Source: Octopus vulgaris (lineage: Eukaryota). From it: a stretch of DNA of 64,000 nt. The translations under genes and the position numbers were made by a program. A model generated the notes under the pieces. The model was not told where the DNA came from. It did no database searches and saw nothing but the letters and a program-made list of their open reading frames with translations. Location of the stretch: the NCBI GenBank assembly GCA_951406725.2, contig OX597826.1:65410001-65474000 (forward strand), read 5' to 3'. This document shows, piece after piece, positions 1 through 11,129 of this stretch. Position 1 is the first letter of the stretch, and every line of letters begins with the position of its first letter.

Positions 1-39
1 TATCTGGAAGTCGCTGGTCCGACCCCACCAAACATCTCA

Positions 40-250
40 AACACCACAGAATGGAAAATGTAGTTGGCCAACAGATTGTGGTATTTCAGATGTGATGGGA
101 AAAGACCTAACAGCCTCTCCTTGTGTCCCTGGTCGAAAGGCAGATGCCTTGTCTGGGATGTCACAGTTAGTAATTCCTTTGCTTCTTCTCACGTTCTGGA
201 TGTTACAGTCAGGGCAAGATCCACAGAATTGATAGACAAGACTATTTAAG
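40..250 (+). mobile_element. Non-LTR retrotransposon fragment with restriction-like endonuclease region
   Basis: RCDGKRPNSLSLCPWSKGRCLVWDVTV resembles the DGKRPDG..PW..G..L.WD.T motif of RLE-type LINEs. Confidence 0.65.
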
Positions 251-284
251 AATTTTATCTAATCAATTTCATCCTATGGTTGCA

Positions 285-681
285 GAACTGTTTCCAGAGG
301 GAAACGCAATCTTTCAGGATAATAATGAACTAATTCACACAGCTTAAAGTTGTTACTGAATGGCACAAGGAACATTCTAGTGAAGTGGAACATTTTATCT
401 GGCCACCACAGTCCCCAGATCTCAATATTATTGAACATTTATGGTGCTTTTTAGAAAAACAAGTAAGGAGAAGATATCCTCCATCGTCATCACTACAAGA
501 ACTGGAGACTGTTTAAGCTGAAGAATGGACAAAAATTCCTTTGGAAACAATTCAAACTTTGTATGAGTCCATACCTTGTAGAATTCAAGCTATAATTATT
601 GCCAAAGTTGGTCTTACTCCATATTAAAATAAATTTGTTTGAAATTTTAAGGTGTTTCCATTATTTTGTCCAACCCCTGTA
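285..681 (+). mobile_element. Tc1-family transposase 3' remnant with right TIR
   Basis: IFQDNN, WPPQSPDLNIIEHLW, LYESIPCRIQAII; ends ttttgtccaacccctg-TA. Confidence 0.85.
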
Positions 682-929
682 TTTGTAAGCCATTCAAGAA
701 CACTCAAAAACCATTAGTTTCACTTCAACATTTAAATTTCATTTGTGTCAAAATATATTTATTGCCTAGAAACCATGACCTGTTCACTGATAAAACTTCA
801 CCAATTTTTGACGTATGTACATATATAAATATACATATATTAACAACTTGCACTAAGCATGGGTTCAGGACAGCTGTATCAGACAAGCCAACCTTCACTT
901 GACAATACCTTGACTTCAATTCTCACCAT

Positions 930-1885
930 TCATACAGTGAAGAGAGGGATTGCTCAGTGCCTAAAACATCGAGCAAAGAATATAAGTAGCAATCCTGATA
1001 CACACCATGAATAAATGATCAAGCTAAGTAACAATCTATTTAGCAACAACTACCCAAAAAACATACTATCTACTCCAATTAGGAAGCAGAGAGAAGACGA
1101 AACCCATAAATTGACCAGTCTGTCTATCCTATGTGAAAGGCTACTTGGAAAAAGTACAAAAGATATGCAGTCCATATCATATCAGGACAGTATTCAAAAG
1201 GAATACTACTCCTTACAACTGCCACCTTCGAGTAAAACCACCAATAGAAGAGAATATGACCAAAGAATGCATGTGCTCCATCCCATGCAGTTGTGGGAGG
1301 TTATACAAAGGTGAAACATGCTACCTACTCAAAATAAGGGTAGAGAAACATCGTAAAGCTGTGACATGAGGAGATGTTGAAAAATTGGGTATAGCTGATC
1401 AGCTATGGAAAAACAGAGACCACCTAACCCTGTGGGATGTAGTTAAAATAATAGACAGAAAGCACCCCTGGAAAATACGAAAAGTAAAAGAGGCAGCACA
1501 TATGCTAGGACACAACAACCTCCTAAGCAGACCTAATGCAGATATGAGTAGAATATGGGAACTGGTATTAAGGAAGGATACAAAAATATTAGGTTTATAA
1601 TCCCTGAAATTCACTCTATAATTGCCTATGGATATATAGTGTAAGGGTTAAGAGCACGATCTACTAACCCTAAGATTCCGAGTTCAATTCCAGGCAGTAC
1701 TTTGAATAATAATAATAATGATAATAATAATGATGATGATGTCAGCAAAAAATGAGAACCCAGGGTTGGGTTCAAAATTGCATCAGGACAACTGATGAAG
1801 GCTGGAGAGAAAATCAGCCAAAATCTGTGGTAAGAACAAACAAGATAAGGGCACATATACGTCCAATGTAAATAATGTAAATAAT
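930..1885 (+). mobile_element. Penelope-like element 3' fragment (GIY-YIG) with tRNA-like insert and degenerate hammerhead
   Basis: CSIPCSCGRLYKGET..LKIRVEKH, RKVKEAAHM; ctgatgaaggctg...cagccaaaa at ~1793-1823. Confidence 0.8.
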
Positions 1886-2415
1886 CACAATTTGTATATG
1901 ACGTCTTTCCATGTTAGGTACATTATTAAACATACATACATGTACACACACATATGCGTATGTAACAACTAACATGCGTGAATGTATGTCTCTGTGTGAC
2001 TAAGTAAATGTGTGTGAGTGTATATCAGGAACTTTTTATAACACAACGATGATGATGTTACATTTTGTATATGAGTGTGTATCTGTCTGTGAATGTATGA
2101 GTGTGCGTGTGTGTGTGTGTGTGTATCTGTGAGCCTGTGTGTTTCCACATTGCATATATTATTAAACACACACACACACATCTACACATACATATACATA
2201 TGTGATGACTGACATGCCTGAATGTATGTATGTAAGTGCTAGAAGTGAAACTCTTGAAAAAAAAACTATTGAGGTGGCAAGATCCAAGGTATATATCAAA
2301 ATATACATTTATTGTTCCATTACCAGTTAATTAATTATCGCACCAGTTACAAGGTTGCAAGGTATTTACAATTACATATTTACACTTACATTAAGAAATT
2401 TATCTTATATATACA

Positions 2416-2808
2416 GGCGCAGGAGCGGCTGTGTGGTAAGTAGCTTGTTTACCAACCACATGGTCCCGGGTTCAGTCCCACTGTGTGGCACCTTGGAAAA
2501 TGTCTTCTACTATAGCCTCAGGCAGACCAAAGCCTTGTGAGTGGATTTGGTAAACGGAAACTGGAAGAAGCTTGTCGTATATGTATATATATGTATATGT
2601 ATATATTTGTGTGTGTGTGTTTGTGTTTGTCCCCCAAACATCGCTTGACAACCGATGCTGGTGTGTTTGCATCTGCATGGCTTAGTGGTTCAGCGAAAGA
2701 GACCAATAGAATAAGTACTAGGCTTACAAAGAATAAGCTCTGGGGTCGATTTGCTCAACTATAAAGGCGGTGCTCCAGCATGGCCGCAGTCAAATGAGTG
2801 AAAAGAGT
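2416..2808 (+). mobile_element. tRNA-derived SINE with internal (TA)/(TG) tract
   Basis: ggcgcaggagcggctgtgtggtaag...gggttcagtccc...ccagcatggccgcagtcaaatga; same family as 9483-9875 and 58873-59305. Confidence 0.85.
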
Positions 2809-3451
2809 ATACAATTCTTTGTCTCTCTGTAATAATTATTGTGGTATTTACCATTAAATTAGCATTTTCATACATGTGCTTCTATTTTGTTCATTTCCTT
2901 ATATTTCGTCAATTTACACTGCATACAAAAATACACACATACTATATACATACCACGAGGGAAACCATTATACCTTATTTTTTCAAGTAATTCACTACTA
3001 CATATTCTCATGTGACTGCATAGGGTCACTTTATGTGTCTTATTCTACAGCCACACCAACAATCCAATGTCAACACTTCACCTTCTGCATCATTTCAACA
3101 GTTCACTTCCCCGTTGTCATTTCCCATTGCAGCCCATTTCCAGAATGAACCCATTTACATACAATATCTCCATTACTCCCATTCGTTTGACTGTCAGCCA
3201 TACGATGGGTCGTGTTACATGCAGCACTGACCACCTCCAAGGCGAGTATATCCACTGACAACTTTGCAGTGAGTTCAAAAATTACATGCCCCCTTACAAC
3301 TCTCAAGGTTAGGGCCTGATGTATAACATGTCGCTAAGTTGAATTAGACCATCATTTACTCTACAAATGTTTTGTCATCAATGCTGCACTTTCCTGTATC
3401 ACCTGTTTCAACATAACTGTAATATACGTGTACAAACTATACCATTTTAAT

Positions 3452-3479
3452 CCCGAGCTACGCCGGGTATCTCTGCTAG
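3452..3479 (+). mobile_element. Helitron-like 3' terminus
   Basis: Hairpin cccgagctacgccggg then tatctctgCTAG|T; similar to the terminus at 59832-59858; 5' end not located. Confidence 0.55.
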
Positions 3480-3614
3480 TATACATATATAATCTATATA
3501 CCAAAATACACATAGAGAAAGAGGCGCCAAAAAAACTGACAAGACAGACTGAAGAGAAAGGATAAAAAGAATTGATATAAGGTTGTGTTAGCATCAGGCA
3601 AAATTCAAAAATAC

Positions 3615-3794
3615 CTTTGGATTTGCTTGGATCAATTTTCACGACTGGAGGACATTTAAAGTCAGTTTTCCATTGTTGATCATCACCACATATTAATTTC
3701 TGAGAACTCTTAAATGGTGAAATACACTCACTGCCAATTACTGTTTCACTACAGTTTACTGTTCTATTGCAGATGGAAGTAACGTTGGGACACA
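3615..3794 (-). CDS. Sushi/CCP-like module exon with 11-codon extension (180 bp, phase 1-1)
   Basis: cccttccag|TG TGT...TCC AAA G|gtattt; VCPNVTSICNRTVNCSETVIGSECISPFKSSQKLICGDDQQWKTDFKCPPVVKIDPSKSK; overlaps ORF 3361..3795. The donor position is less certain than the acceptor. Confidence 0.8.
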
Positions 3795-3929
3795 CTGGAA
3801 GGGTGGAAAAAAATTAATTTACAATAAATAGCTATCTTCAATCAGAAAATACATATATACACACCCCTTCAAATACACACATACTTACAAATGTATATAT
3901 ATATATATATATATATGGACATCTTCATA

Positions 3930-4148
3930 TACGAAGGAGTGCTGAAAAGTTCCTGGCTTTGGGTAAAAGAAAATACAGGAGGATCAGTTAATTATAATGT
4001 TATTCAACATATCCCCCTCATATTCACACACATATTGCAACATCTTTCAGTTTTTCTAAGCCCTGCAAAAGAACTCGGGAGATTGGGCCTCCAGCCAGGC
4101 CTTTTGCTATACCCGTAATGTCAGGAAATTTTCAGCTCTCCCCTTGTA
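3930..4148. mobile_element. Mariner-type MITE
   Basis: TA-cgaaggagtgctgaaaagttcctgg ... tcaggaaattttcagctctccccttg-TA imperfect TIRs. Confidence 0.7.
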
Positions 4149-4287
4149 TGTGTATACATAAGAATATGATATAAATAATATATATCTATAGGACAGCCCT
4201 GAAAGAAAAGAAGGATGATCATGTGTGGAAAAGAATGATGGACAATGGTCACATGTGAGCAATGAGAGAGAGTAAAGGAGAAAGAGG

Positions 4288-4319
<32 letters not shown>

Positions 4320-4519
4320 AATAGACAGGCAGACTGACAAAAAGGCAGACAGACAGACAGATAGAAAATGGTGAAGGGGAGAAAAAAGGAATTAGAGAAA
4401 GAATGAGAGAGAAAACAATAGGTGGGGGAAACAGTATAGAGTAGAGTTGTATCAAAAACATTAAAATAAACTTACTTGGAAATAATATTTATATTATTTA
4501 TATTATTATTTGATTGAAC

Positions 4520-4840
4520 ACGATGCAGTCCTGAGGGACATGGTCTCATGGACCCACGTTTTCATCGGAAACAACACCATGAGAAGACCTCTCATCCAAC
4601 CTTACTCAGGACCTTATTGTGTTCTTTCTCATTCTAACAAACATTTCACCATTGACTGTGGTGGTTCCAGAGACACTGTCTCTGTTGATAGACTTAAAAG
4701 GGCCTATACAGATGCACATACCCAGAAACTTCATACACCCTCTACACACACTACTTCATATACATCTTCCCCACCTCCACCCATACATGGAATGACAACC
4801 TGTAGAGGCTGTCACATCCATAAGTCCATGAGACTTTGCA
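4520..4840 (+). mobile_element. Gypsy LTR retrotransposon integrase C-terminal (GPY/F) fragment
   Basis: THVFI...RRPLIQPYSGPYCVL..SNKHFTI...DTVSVDRLKRAY. Confidence 0.8.
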
Positions 4841-5277
4841 AGATTATATATATATATGAACTTGCACTAAATGACTGTCGTTTTCTCATTTTTGTATATT
4901 TGCCTTTTATTGTATTTGTAATATTGCTTTTCCTGATGTATTTGTGTTTTTACCTTCTTTGAACATTTCACACTGCATTTTTTTTTCTGCATTACTGTTG
5001 CATGTATCAATTTGCAATGTCAGTGAAGGGTACTGTAGCAAGTCAGAAAAGCTATTTTTGTTATCATATTGTAGCCTAGTTCTGCAATAGCAACTCCAAC
5101 CAGCCAGAGCTGAGCACATATTAATGCCAAAGGCAGCTCTCTGACCGAGAAGAGTTAAGTGGGTGTTTGGACCAGTTAGCAAAAAGACAACAAACCAGCA
5201 ACATTGGCTGTTAAGCATAGGAACTGCCCCTTTGTTTTTCTGACCAACTTTGCACTGCTAGCTCTGAATTATATCAA

Positions 5278-5507
5278 TTTCTTTACTACCCACAAGGGGC
5301 TAAACACAGAGAACAAACAAGGACAGACAAACGGATTAAGTCGATTATATCGACCCCAGTGCATAACTGGTACTTATTTAATCGACCCCGAAAGGATGAA
5401 AGGCAAAGTTGACCTCAGTGGAATTTGAACTCAGAACATAGTGGCAGACGAAATAACGCTAAGCATTTTGCCCGGTGTGTTAACGATTCTGCCAGCTCGC
5501 CGCCTTC
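5278..5507 (-). mobile_element. Full-length SINE with 17-bp target-site duplication
   Basis: gctctgaattatatcaa at 5261-5277 and 5508-5524; family copies at ~47945-48175, 50895-51140, 58120-58272. Confidence 0.9.
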
Positions 5508-6144
5508 GCTCTGAATTATATCAACCCTCAACCCAACTCACATCATGAACAACCTATTTCATTCATGCCAAATTCTGAATAACATCAGCCCACAAATCTG
5601 GCTATATCATGAGCAGTATATTTTTGTTTCCACTAGCACCGTTTTTGTTAGCTTAAAACAACATCCAACTGAATCCATTTTTCCAATGTAAGTTATAAAG
5701 CTTTCTCTGATTCATGCACATATACCGGCTATGTTCATATAACTTGTCAGCACTCGTTATCCTTTAATAAATTAAAATATTTTATATAAAAATGCCTTCT
5801 GATATTTTCATTACACTCACTTCTCAAAAGCTCATTTACAGGACCTCTCAATGAACACTTACACTAAAGTGGTGATCCTTTATCAACATTCTCTCAATAA
5901 ATATATATACAATATACCAAAATACACATAGAGAAAGAAGTACCAAAAAAAAAAACTGACAAGATAGACTGATAAGAAAGGAAAAAGGGAATTGATAAAA
6001 AGATGTGACACCAGGCAAATTTTTTTAAAAACTTCAGATTAGATTACATCAATCTTCATTTAATTATCAGTTATTGGAATAAAGACATATTCTATCAAGA
6101 CAATCAAATAAACAAAAGACAATTCTACACAATAAAATTATTAC

Positions 6145-6291
6145 CTGGACATTTAAAGTCAGTTTTCCATTGTTGATCATCACCACATATTAATTCCTCA
6201 GAAGTTTTAAATGGTAACATACACTCACTGCCAATGATTGTTTCACCACAGTATATTTTTTGGTTGCAGTAGATAGTAGTTTTGTTACACT
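6145..6291 (-). CDS. Sushi/CCP-like module exon (older paralog)
   Basis: ccctccag|AG TGT...CCA G|gtaata; 147 bp; ECNKTTIYCNQKIYCGETIIGSECMLPFKTSEELICGDDQQWKTDFKCP. Confidence 0.85.
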
Positions 6292-6468
6292 CTGGAGGGT
6301 TTGGAAAAAATTCATTTAGTACAAATAGTTGACATCAATTAGGAAATATATACATGCACACATATTTATATACATGCATATATACATACATACATGCATA
6401 CATACATATGTCTATACATATGAATATGTATATATACATATGTGTATATATATATATATATATACATA

Positions 6469-6501
<33 letters not shown>

Positions 6502-6503
6502 GT

Positions 6504-6542
<39 letters not shown>

Positions 6543-6559
6543 ATATATATATTTGTATG

Positions 6560-6592
<33 letters not shown>

Positions 6593-6767
6593 ATACAAAT
6601 TGAGATAGGGGTTGTAAATGCAACCCTCTATGGGATAACGTATATCCAATATACTGCTAGTGAAGTACTCAACAAAGTTAATACATAAATGTTAATGATT
6701 GCGATGCAATCAATTCCTTTACTGTATTATATGGGCAAAGGTAAAATGATTTACCACAAATTACTAA

Positions 6768-7228
6768 TACAAGATAAGAAAATGGAGAAACACATCTAAA
6801 TCAAATATCAATTACCAGAAAATATTCAATCACATACTATATTAAACCACCACATAAGAGACTGTAGGGTTAAACATAAAAAGCAGAACATATCAGTGTA
6901 CATAAAGGAATGTACATGAAAAAAGTGTACATAAAAGAGTAATGTTGTATAATAAGTAGAATATATATAAAAAAGAATATAAATGCAAGTAAATATAAAT
7001 ATAAGCATACATTAGATCTTATATTCTTTTTTATATATATTCTAATTATTATACAACATTACTCTTTTATGTACACTTTTTTATGTACATTCCTTTATGT
7101 ACACTGATTTGTTCTGCTTTTTATATTTAACCCTACAGTCTCTTATGTGGTGGTTTAATAAAGTATGTGATTGAGTATTATCTGGTAATTGATATTTGAT
7201 TTAGATGTGTTTCTCCATTTTCTTATCT

Positions 7229-7232
<4 letters not shown>
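6768..7232. repeat. Long inverted repeat, ~215 bp arms and ~36 bp loop; copies near 14714, 22484, 30313, 38166
   Basis: tacaagataagaaaatggagaaacacatct...aagaatataa (6768-6982) is the reverse complement of ttatattctt...agatgtgtttctccattttcttatcttgta (7019-7232). Confidence 0.95.
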
Positions 7233-7296
<64 letters not shown>

Positions 7297-7594
7297 TATT
7301 TAAGATCTATCTCCCTTACAGGGCTGATAGAATTGGCCGCCGATTCTTCGCGGGCGGCGCGTCCGCCCTACCCACCCCCACCACCAATACCGGATATCTC
7401 TATTTTGCTCCAACTATACCGGATGTCGTTTCTCCCACCACCATTATAGGTGTCTACTCTTTGAACCCCCTCTTCAATACGCTATTTCACCATGCATTAC
7501 CCCTCTCTTGATATCCTACGTTCTACTTGCCTAGAACCTGTCCTCTGAACCACCCCTCCCACTGGTGCTCCCCTATAATTCTGCTCCCCCCCCA

Positions 7595-7836
7595 TAAAAA
7601 GCACCATCCGAACGTGGCCGATGCCAGACCCCTCTGGCACCTGTGCAGGTGGCACGTAAAAAACACCCACTACACTCGCGGAGTGGTTGGCGTTAGGAAG
7701 GGCATCCAGCTGTAGAAACACTGCCAGACTAGACTGGAGCCTGGGGCAGTCCCGAGCTCCCCAGACCCTTGTCGAAACCGTCCAACCCGTGCTAGCGCGG
7801 AAAACGGACGTTAAACGATGATGATGATGATGATGA
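7595..7836 (+). mobile_element. RTE-tail-related SINE/LINE 3' fragment ending in (GAT)n (each unit)
   Basis: taaaaagcacc...gagtggttggcgttaggaagggcatccagc...aaaacggacgttaaac(gat)n; the same tail occurs inverted at 12285, 45340, 47245. Confidence 0.75.
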
Positions 7837-8189
7837 TATATATAGATATAACCAAGAAAAAAGCAACTACTAATCCATTCTTGTTGCTTTTTTCTTGGTT
7901 ATAATCACCCCACATTTTTTATGGTTAATACCATAAACAATTCTGGTGCATCTAAGTTAAGTACCATATTCATTTGAATTCATTGGAATTCACTTGAATC
8001 TTAATTGCATTTGCTGAAAGTATATATATATATATATATATATATGCATATATATATGCATATATATGTATATGTGTGATCAGCTAAATTTGAATTTACA
8101 TAAAGAGAAAAGGAATCACAATATCCCTTCCATGAGTAAAATTATTTTTACAAATCAAAAGATATCAACTAGATTATGGATGGGAGATA

Positions 8190-8440
8190 AAAGTTTGCTA
8201 AAAGTAGCTGCCCTCAATGTAAACCATGGCCTCGAGACACTCTGGAACCTGACACATACATTCCTCACTCTGTCCCTTCGAAGATCTTTGAACACCTCCT
8301 TGATCTTGGTGTTGCAGGCAGAGCAGCTTGTGCCTTTATTTGTGCCCCATACATAGTAATTTATAAGTCTATAATTTGAGGAGTTAAGGTACTAAAATTT
8401 AGAGTTGGTGTAGTCATAGAAATTCTTCAACAACAATAAC
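8190..8440 (-). mobile_element. Degenerate Tc1/mariner-like transposase C-terminal fragment (each unit)
   Basis: Minus strand KIKEVFKDLRRDRVRNVCVRF... followed by frameshifted LEAMV.IEGSY, resembling Tc1/mariner C-termini. Confidence 0.45.
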
Positions 8441-8499
8441 TTCTTCCCTTGTCTGGGGACAAATGCTGTTGCTATACATATTGTCCACCAACTTCAACC

Positions 8500-9020
8500 C
8501 TCTCCAGCCAGGATTTCAAAAGTTTTCTAGTCTATCATTCATGACCTCCTTTATGCAGATGACTGTGACTTAGTCATTCATACAGTGGATGACATGCAAA
8601 TACTCATGAATCATATTTCTGCTTCTTGCAAGGTATTTGGACTTGGCATTAGCCTGGACACAACTGTTGTAATGTTCCAGCCTGCACCAGGAAATCCATA
8701 GGTGGAACCAGCAATCTTGGTTGAAGGAACAATTCTGAAGGTGGTAGACAAGTTTGTCTACTTGGACAGCACACTCAGCCGTTCTTGCTCCCTGGATGAT
8801 GAAATATCTTTCAGGCTGCAGAGAACAATTAATTCATTCTGGTCTCTTCAGTCTCATGTCTGGTCCCTGCATGGCATCATCAGGCAAACAAAAATTACTG
8901 TGTACTCTGCATGTGTACTAACATCGCTCCTTTACTCATGTGAGACATGGGCCCTTTACAAACGTCATGTGAGGCTCCTTCAACGCGTTCATCAGACATG
9001 TCTCAGGCACATTCTGGAGA
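8500..9020 (+). mobile_element. RTE (BovB-like) LINE reverse transcriptase fragment (each unit)
   Basis: LLYADDCDL, FGLGISLDTTVVMFQPAPG, VDKFVYLDSTLS, TKITVYSACVLTSLLYSCETW. Confidence 0.9.
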
Positions 9021-9482
9021 TGACTTCCAGTTCTCCATGTCAGCTAAATTATTCGCAACTACAACACAAACCTACATGCTCTCCAATGACACTGATTGTT
9101 CAACAATACATCAAGCAGTTCCAGAAAATAAAAGACAAAATAATTGCTAAATTTAGCCCAAAAAACAAAACTAAACCAATGTTTAAAAAAACTTTTAGCA
9201 TCCACTTTTTCATGTGTCAAGCAGAATTTGTTGAAGCAATTTTTTGTAACTGCTAGACCTTCCTGTTTTCAAGCAAGATATTTCCTCCCACATAGGTTAT
9301 ATATACTTGTATTATATACATATATAATCATATACCACAGCAGAAATATAGAAAGTGCCCCCCCAAAAAAAAAAAAAAAAAATAATAAAACAGACAAGAC
9401 AGATAGAAAAGAAAGAAAAAAGAGAATTAATGAAAAGATGTGGTGTCATCAGGCAAATTTTTAAAAAAAACTTAGATTTGAT

Positions 9483-9875
9483 TACTCTTTTACTTGTTTC
9501 AGTCATTTGACTGTGGCCATGCTGGAGCACCACCATTAGTCGAGCAAATCAACCCCAGGACTTATTCTTTGTATGCCAAGTACTTATTCTATCGGTCTCT
9601 TTTTTGCCGATCTGCTAAGTTACGAGAGTGTAAACACTCCAGCATCGGTTGCCAAGCAATGTAGGCAGGACAAACACAGACACACAAACATACACGCACA
9701 TATACATATATACGACGGGTTTCTTTCAGTTTCTGTCTACCAAATCCAATCACAAGGCTTTGGTCGGCCAGAGGCTATAGTAGAAGGCACTTGTCCAAGG
9801 TGCCATGCAGTGGGACTGAACCCTGAACCATGTGGTTCGCAAGCAAGCTACTTACCACACAGCCAATCCTACGCC
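9483..9875 (-). mobile_element. tRNA-derived SINE fused to the 3' end of U6 (present in all five units)
   Basis: Reverse complement of the SINE family at 2416-2808 and 58873-59305 (head ggcgtagga.tggctgtgtggtaag, B-box-like gggttcagtccc, tail gaaacaagtaaaagag). Confidence 0.85.
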
Positions 9876-9880
9876 TACAG

Positions 9881-9979
9881 AAAATATGGAACGCTTCATG
9901 AATTTGCGTGTCATTCTTGCGCAGGGGCCATGCTAATCTTCTCTGTTTCATTCCAATTTTAGTATATGTATTGCCAAAG
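9881..9979 (-). pseudogene. U6: U6 snRNA retro-pseudogene (unit 1), 5' truncated by a few nt
   Basis: Minus strand ctttggcaatacatatactaaaattggaatgaaacagagaagattagcatggcccctgcgcaagaatgacacgcaaattcatgaagcgttccatatttt matches conserved metazoan U6 (ACAGAGA box, AGC triad, 3' oligo-U) with several substitutions. Confidence 0.95.
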
Positions 9980-9998
9980 ATCAATTTTCACTTAATTT

Positions 9999-11047
9999 CA
10001 CAACGTAACAATTTTCAAAAAAAAATTTGTTTATTGTGGATAGCGTACAGACTATTTCAGAGTGCCCATGGGTGACCATGACAAACCATGGGCCCCACAT
10101 GTGATATGTGGAAGCTGTCGATCTACTCTAGAAGGATGGTTAAGAGGTACAGAAAGGTCAATGCCTTTTGCCATTCCAAGGGTATGGAGAGAGCCAAAGA
10201 ACCATCACGATGACTGTTACTTTTGTATGATTGAAGTGACAAAGTGCAGAAAAGTGAAAGGAAGACAAGCTCTTCAGTGTCCAGACATATCATCATCTAG
10301 AGCACCTGCTCCACATGATGACAGTACCACTACCACCAGGAAATATTTCATCTGAAGAGTCAACAAGTAGCAGCAGCCAAGAAATGGAGGAAGCTTTCAT
10401 ACCAAGAACGACTTCAGAGCCTCACATTCCAATTCAGAGTGAGCTAGATGATTTAATCAGGGATCTGGGTCTTACTAAGTCAGGAGCTGAACTTCTTTCA
10501 TTAAGGTTGAAGGAATGGAATCTACTGGGGGAAGACTGCAAGACATCTGTGTACTGGAAACGCCACGAAGTGAGGATCATGTTGAGAGATTTCATCAGGA
10601 CATCGAAACTATGGAAAGAAGATACCAAGGACGATGGGATACTGCTTTGATGGGAGATTATAAATGGTCTGTAGTCAGAAGAGATGAAGGTGTACACTCC
10701 AGAAAATCTCGATTGTCAAAGCACTTCTCATGTTAAGAAAAGAGTTATCAAGGCATTTACAGCGCAGAGTTTTATTGTTTCGTTTTGTACTATATACTTC
10801 CTAAATACTTTTCGATGTATGAAAAAGTACTAAATGTTGTGTAATTATCCTTACAATACTAGAATAGATTGAACCAAAAAAGTGCCGTAGAAAAAAGTGA
10901 CAAATATAATGAGCAAATATGAAATTAGGAATAAATAAATAACTATCGATGTTACGTCAAAACGAATGTGATTTTTAAATTTAGTGGCAAAAAATGCATA
11001 TATGAACATTAAAAAATACAAATAAACAAAACATGTGTTACATTGTG
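9999..11047 (+). mobile_element. Internally deleted Chapaev3-like (CMC) DNA transposon; copies at 17924-18971, 25709-26757, 33541-34589, 41379-42426
   Basis: TIRs cacaacgtaaca / tgttacattgtg (11 of 12 match). Flanks ttt/tta correspond to a single tta in the empty paralogous site near 6064. Transposase remnants GDHDKPWAPHVIC..C, VWREPKNHHDDCYFC and ERFHQDIETMERRYQGRW. The family assignment is from recalled motifs. Confidence 0.75.
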
Positions 11048-11129
11048 TTATCAGTTATTTCAATAGAGACATATTCCATTAAAACAATCAAATAAATAAA
11101 AAACCAATTCTACACAATAAAATTATTAC

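Noticed and set aside
8702-9256. Host gene encoded by the 184/223-aa ORF
   Set aside because: RTE reverse transcriptase fragment running into unrelated sequence, with a stop codon in units 1 and 3
9881-9979. Functional tandem U6 gene cluster
   Set aside because: 5' end truncated, substitutions at conserved positions, upstream sequence is host intron and transposon rather than a U6 promoter, and it is fused to a SINE
10062-10736. Active transposase or domesticated gene
   Set aside because: Frameshifted, and the catalytic middle is deleted between YWKRH and ERFHQDI
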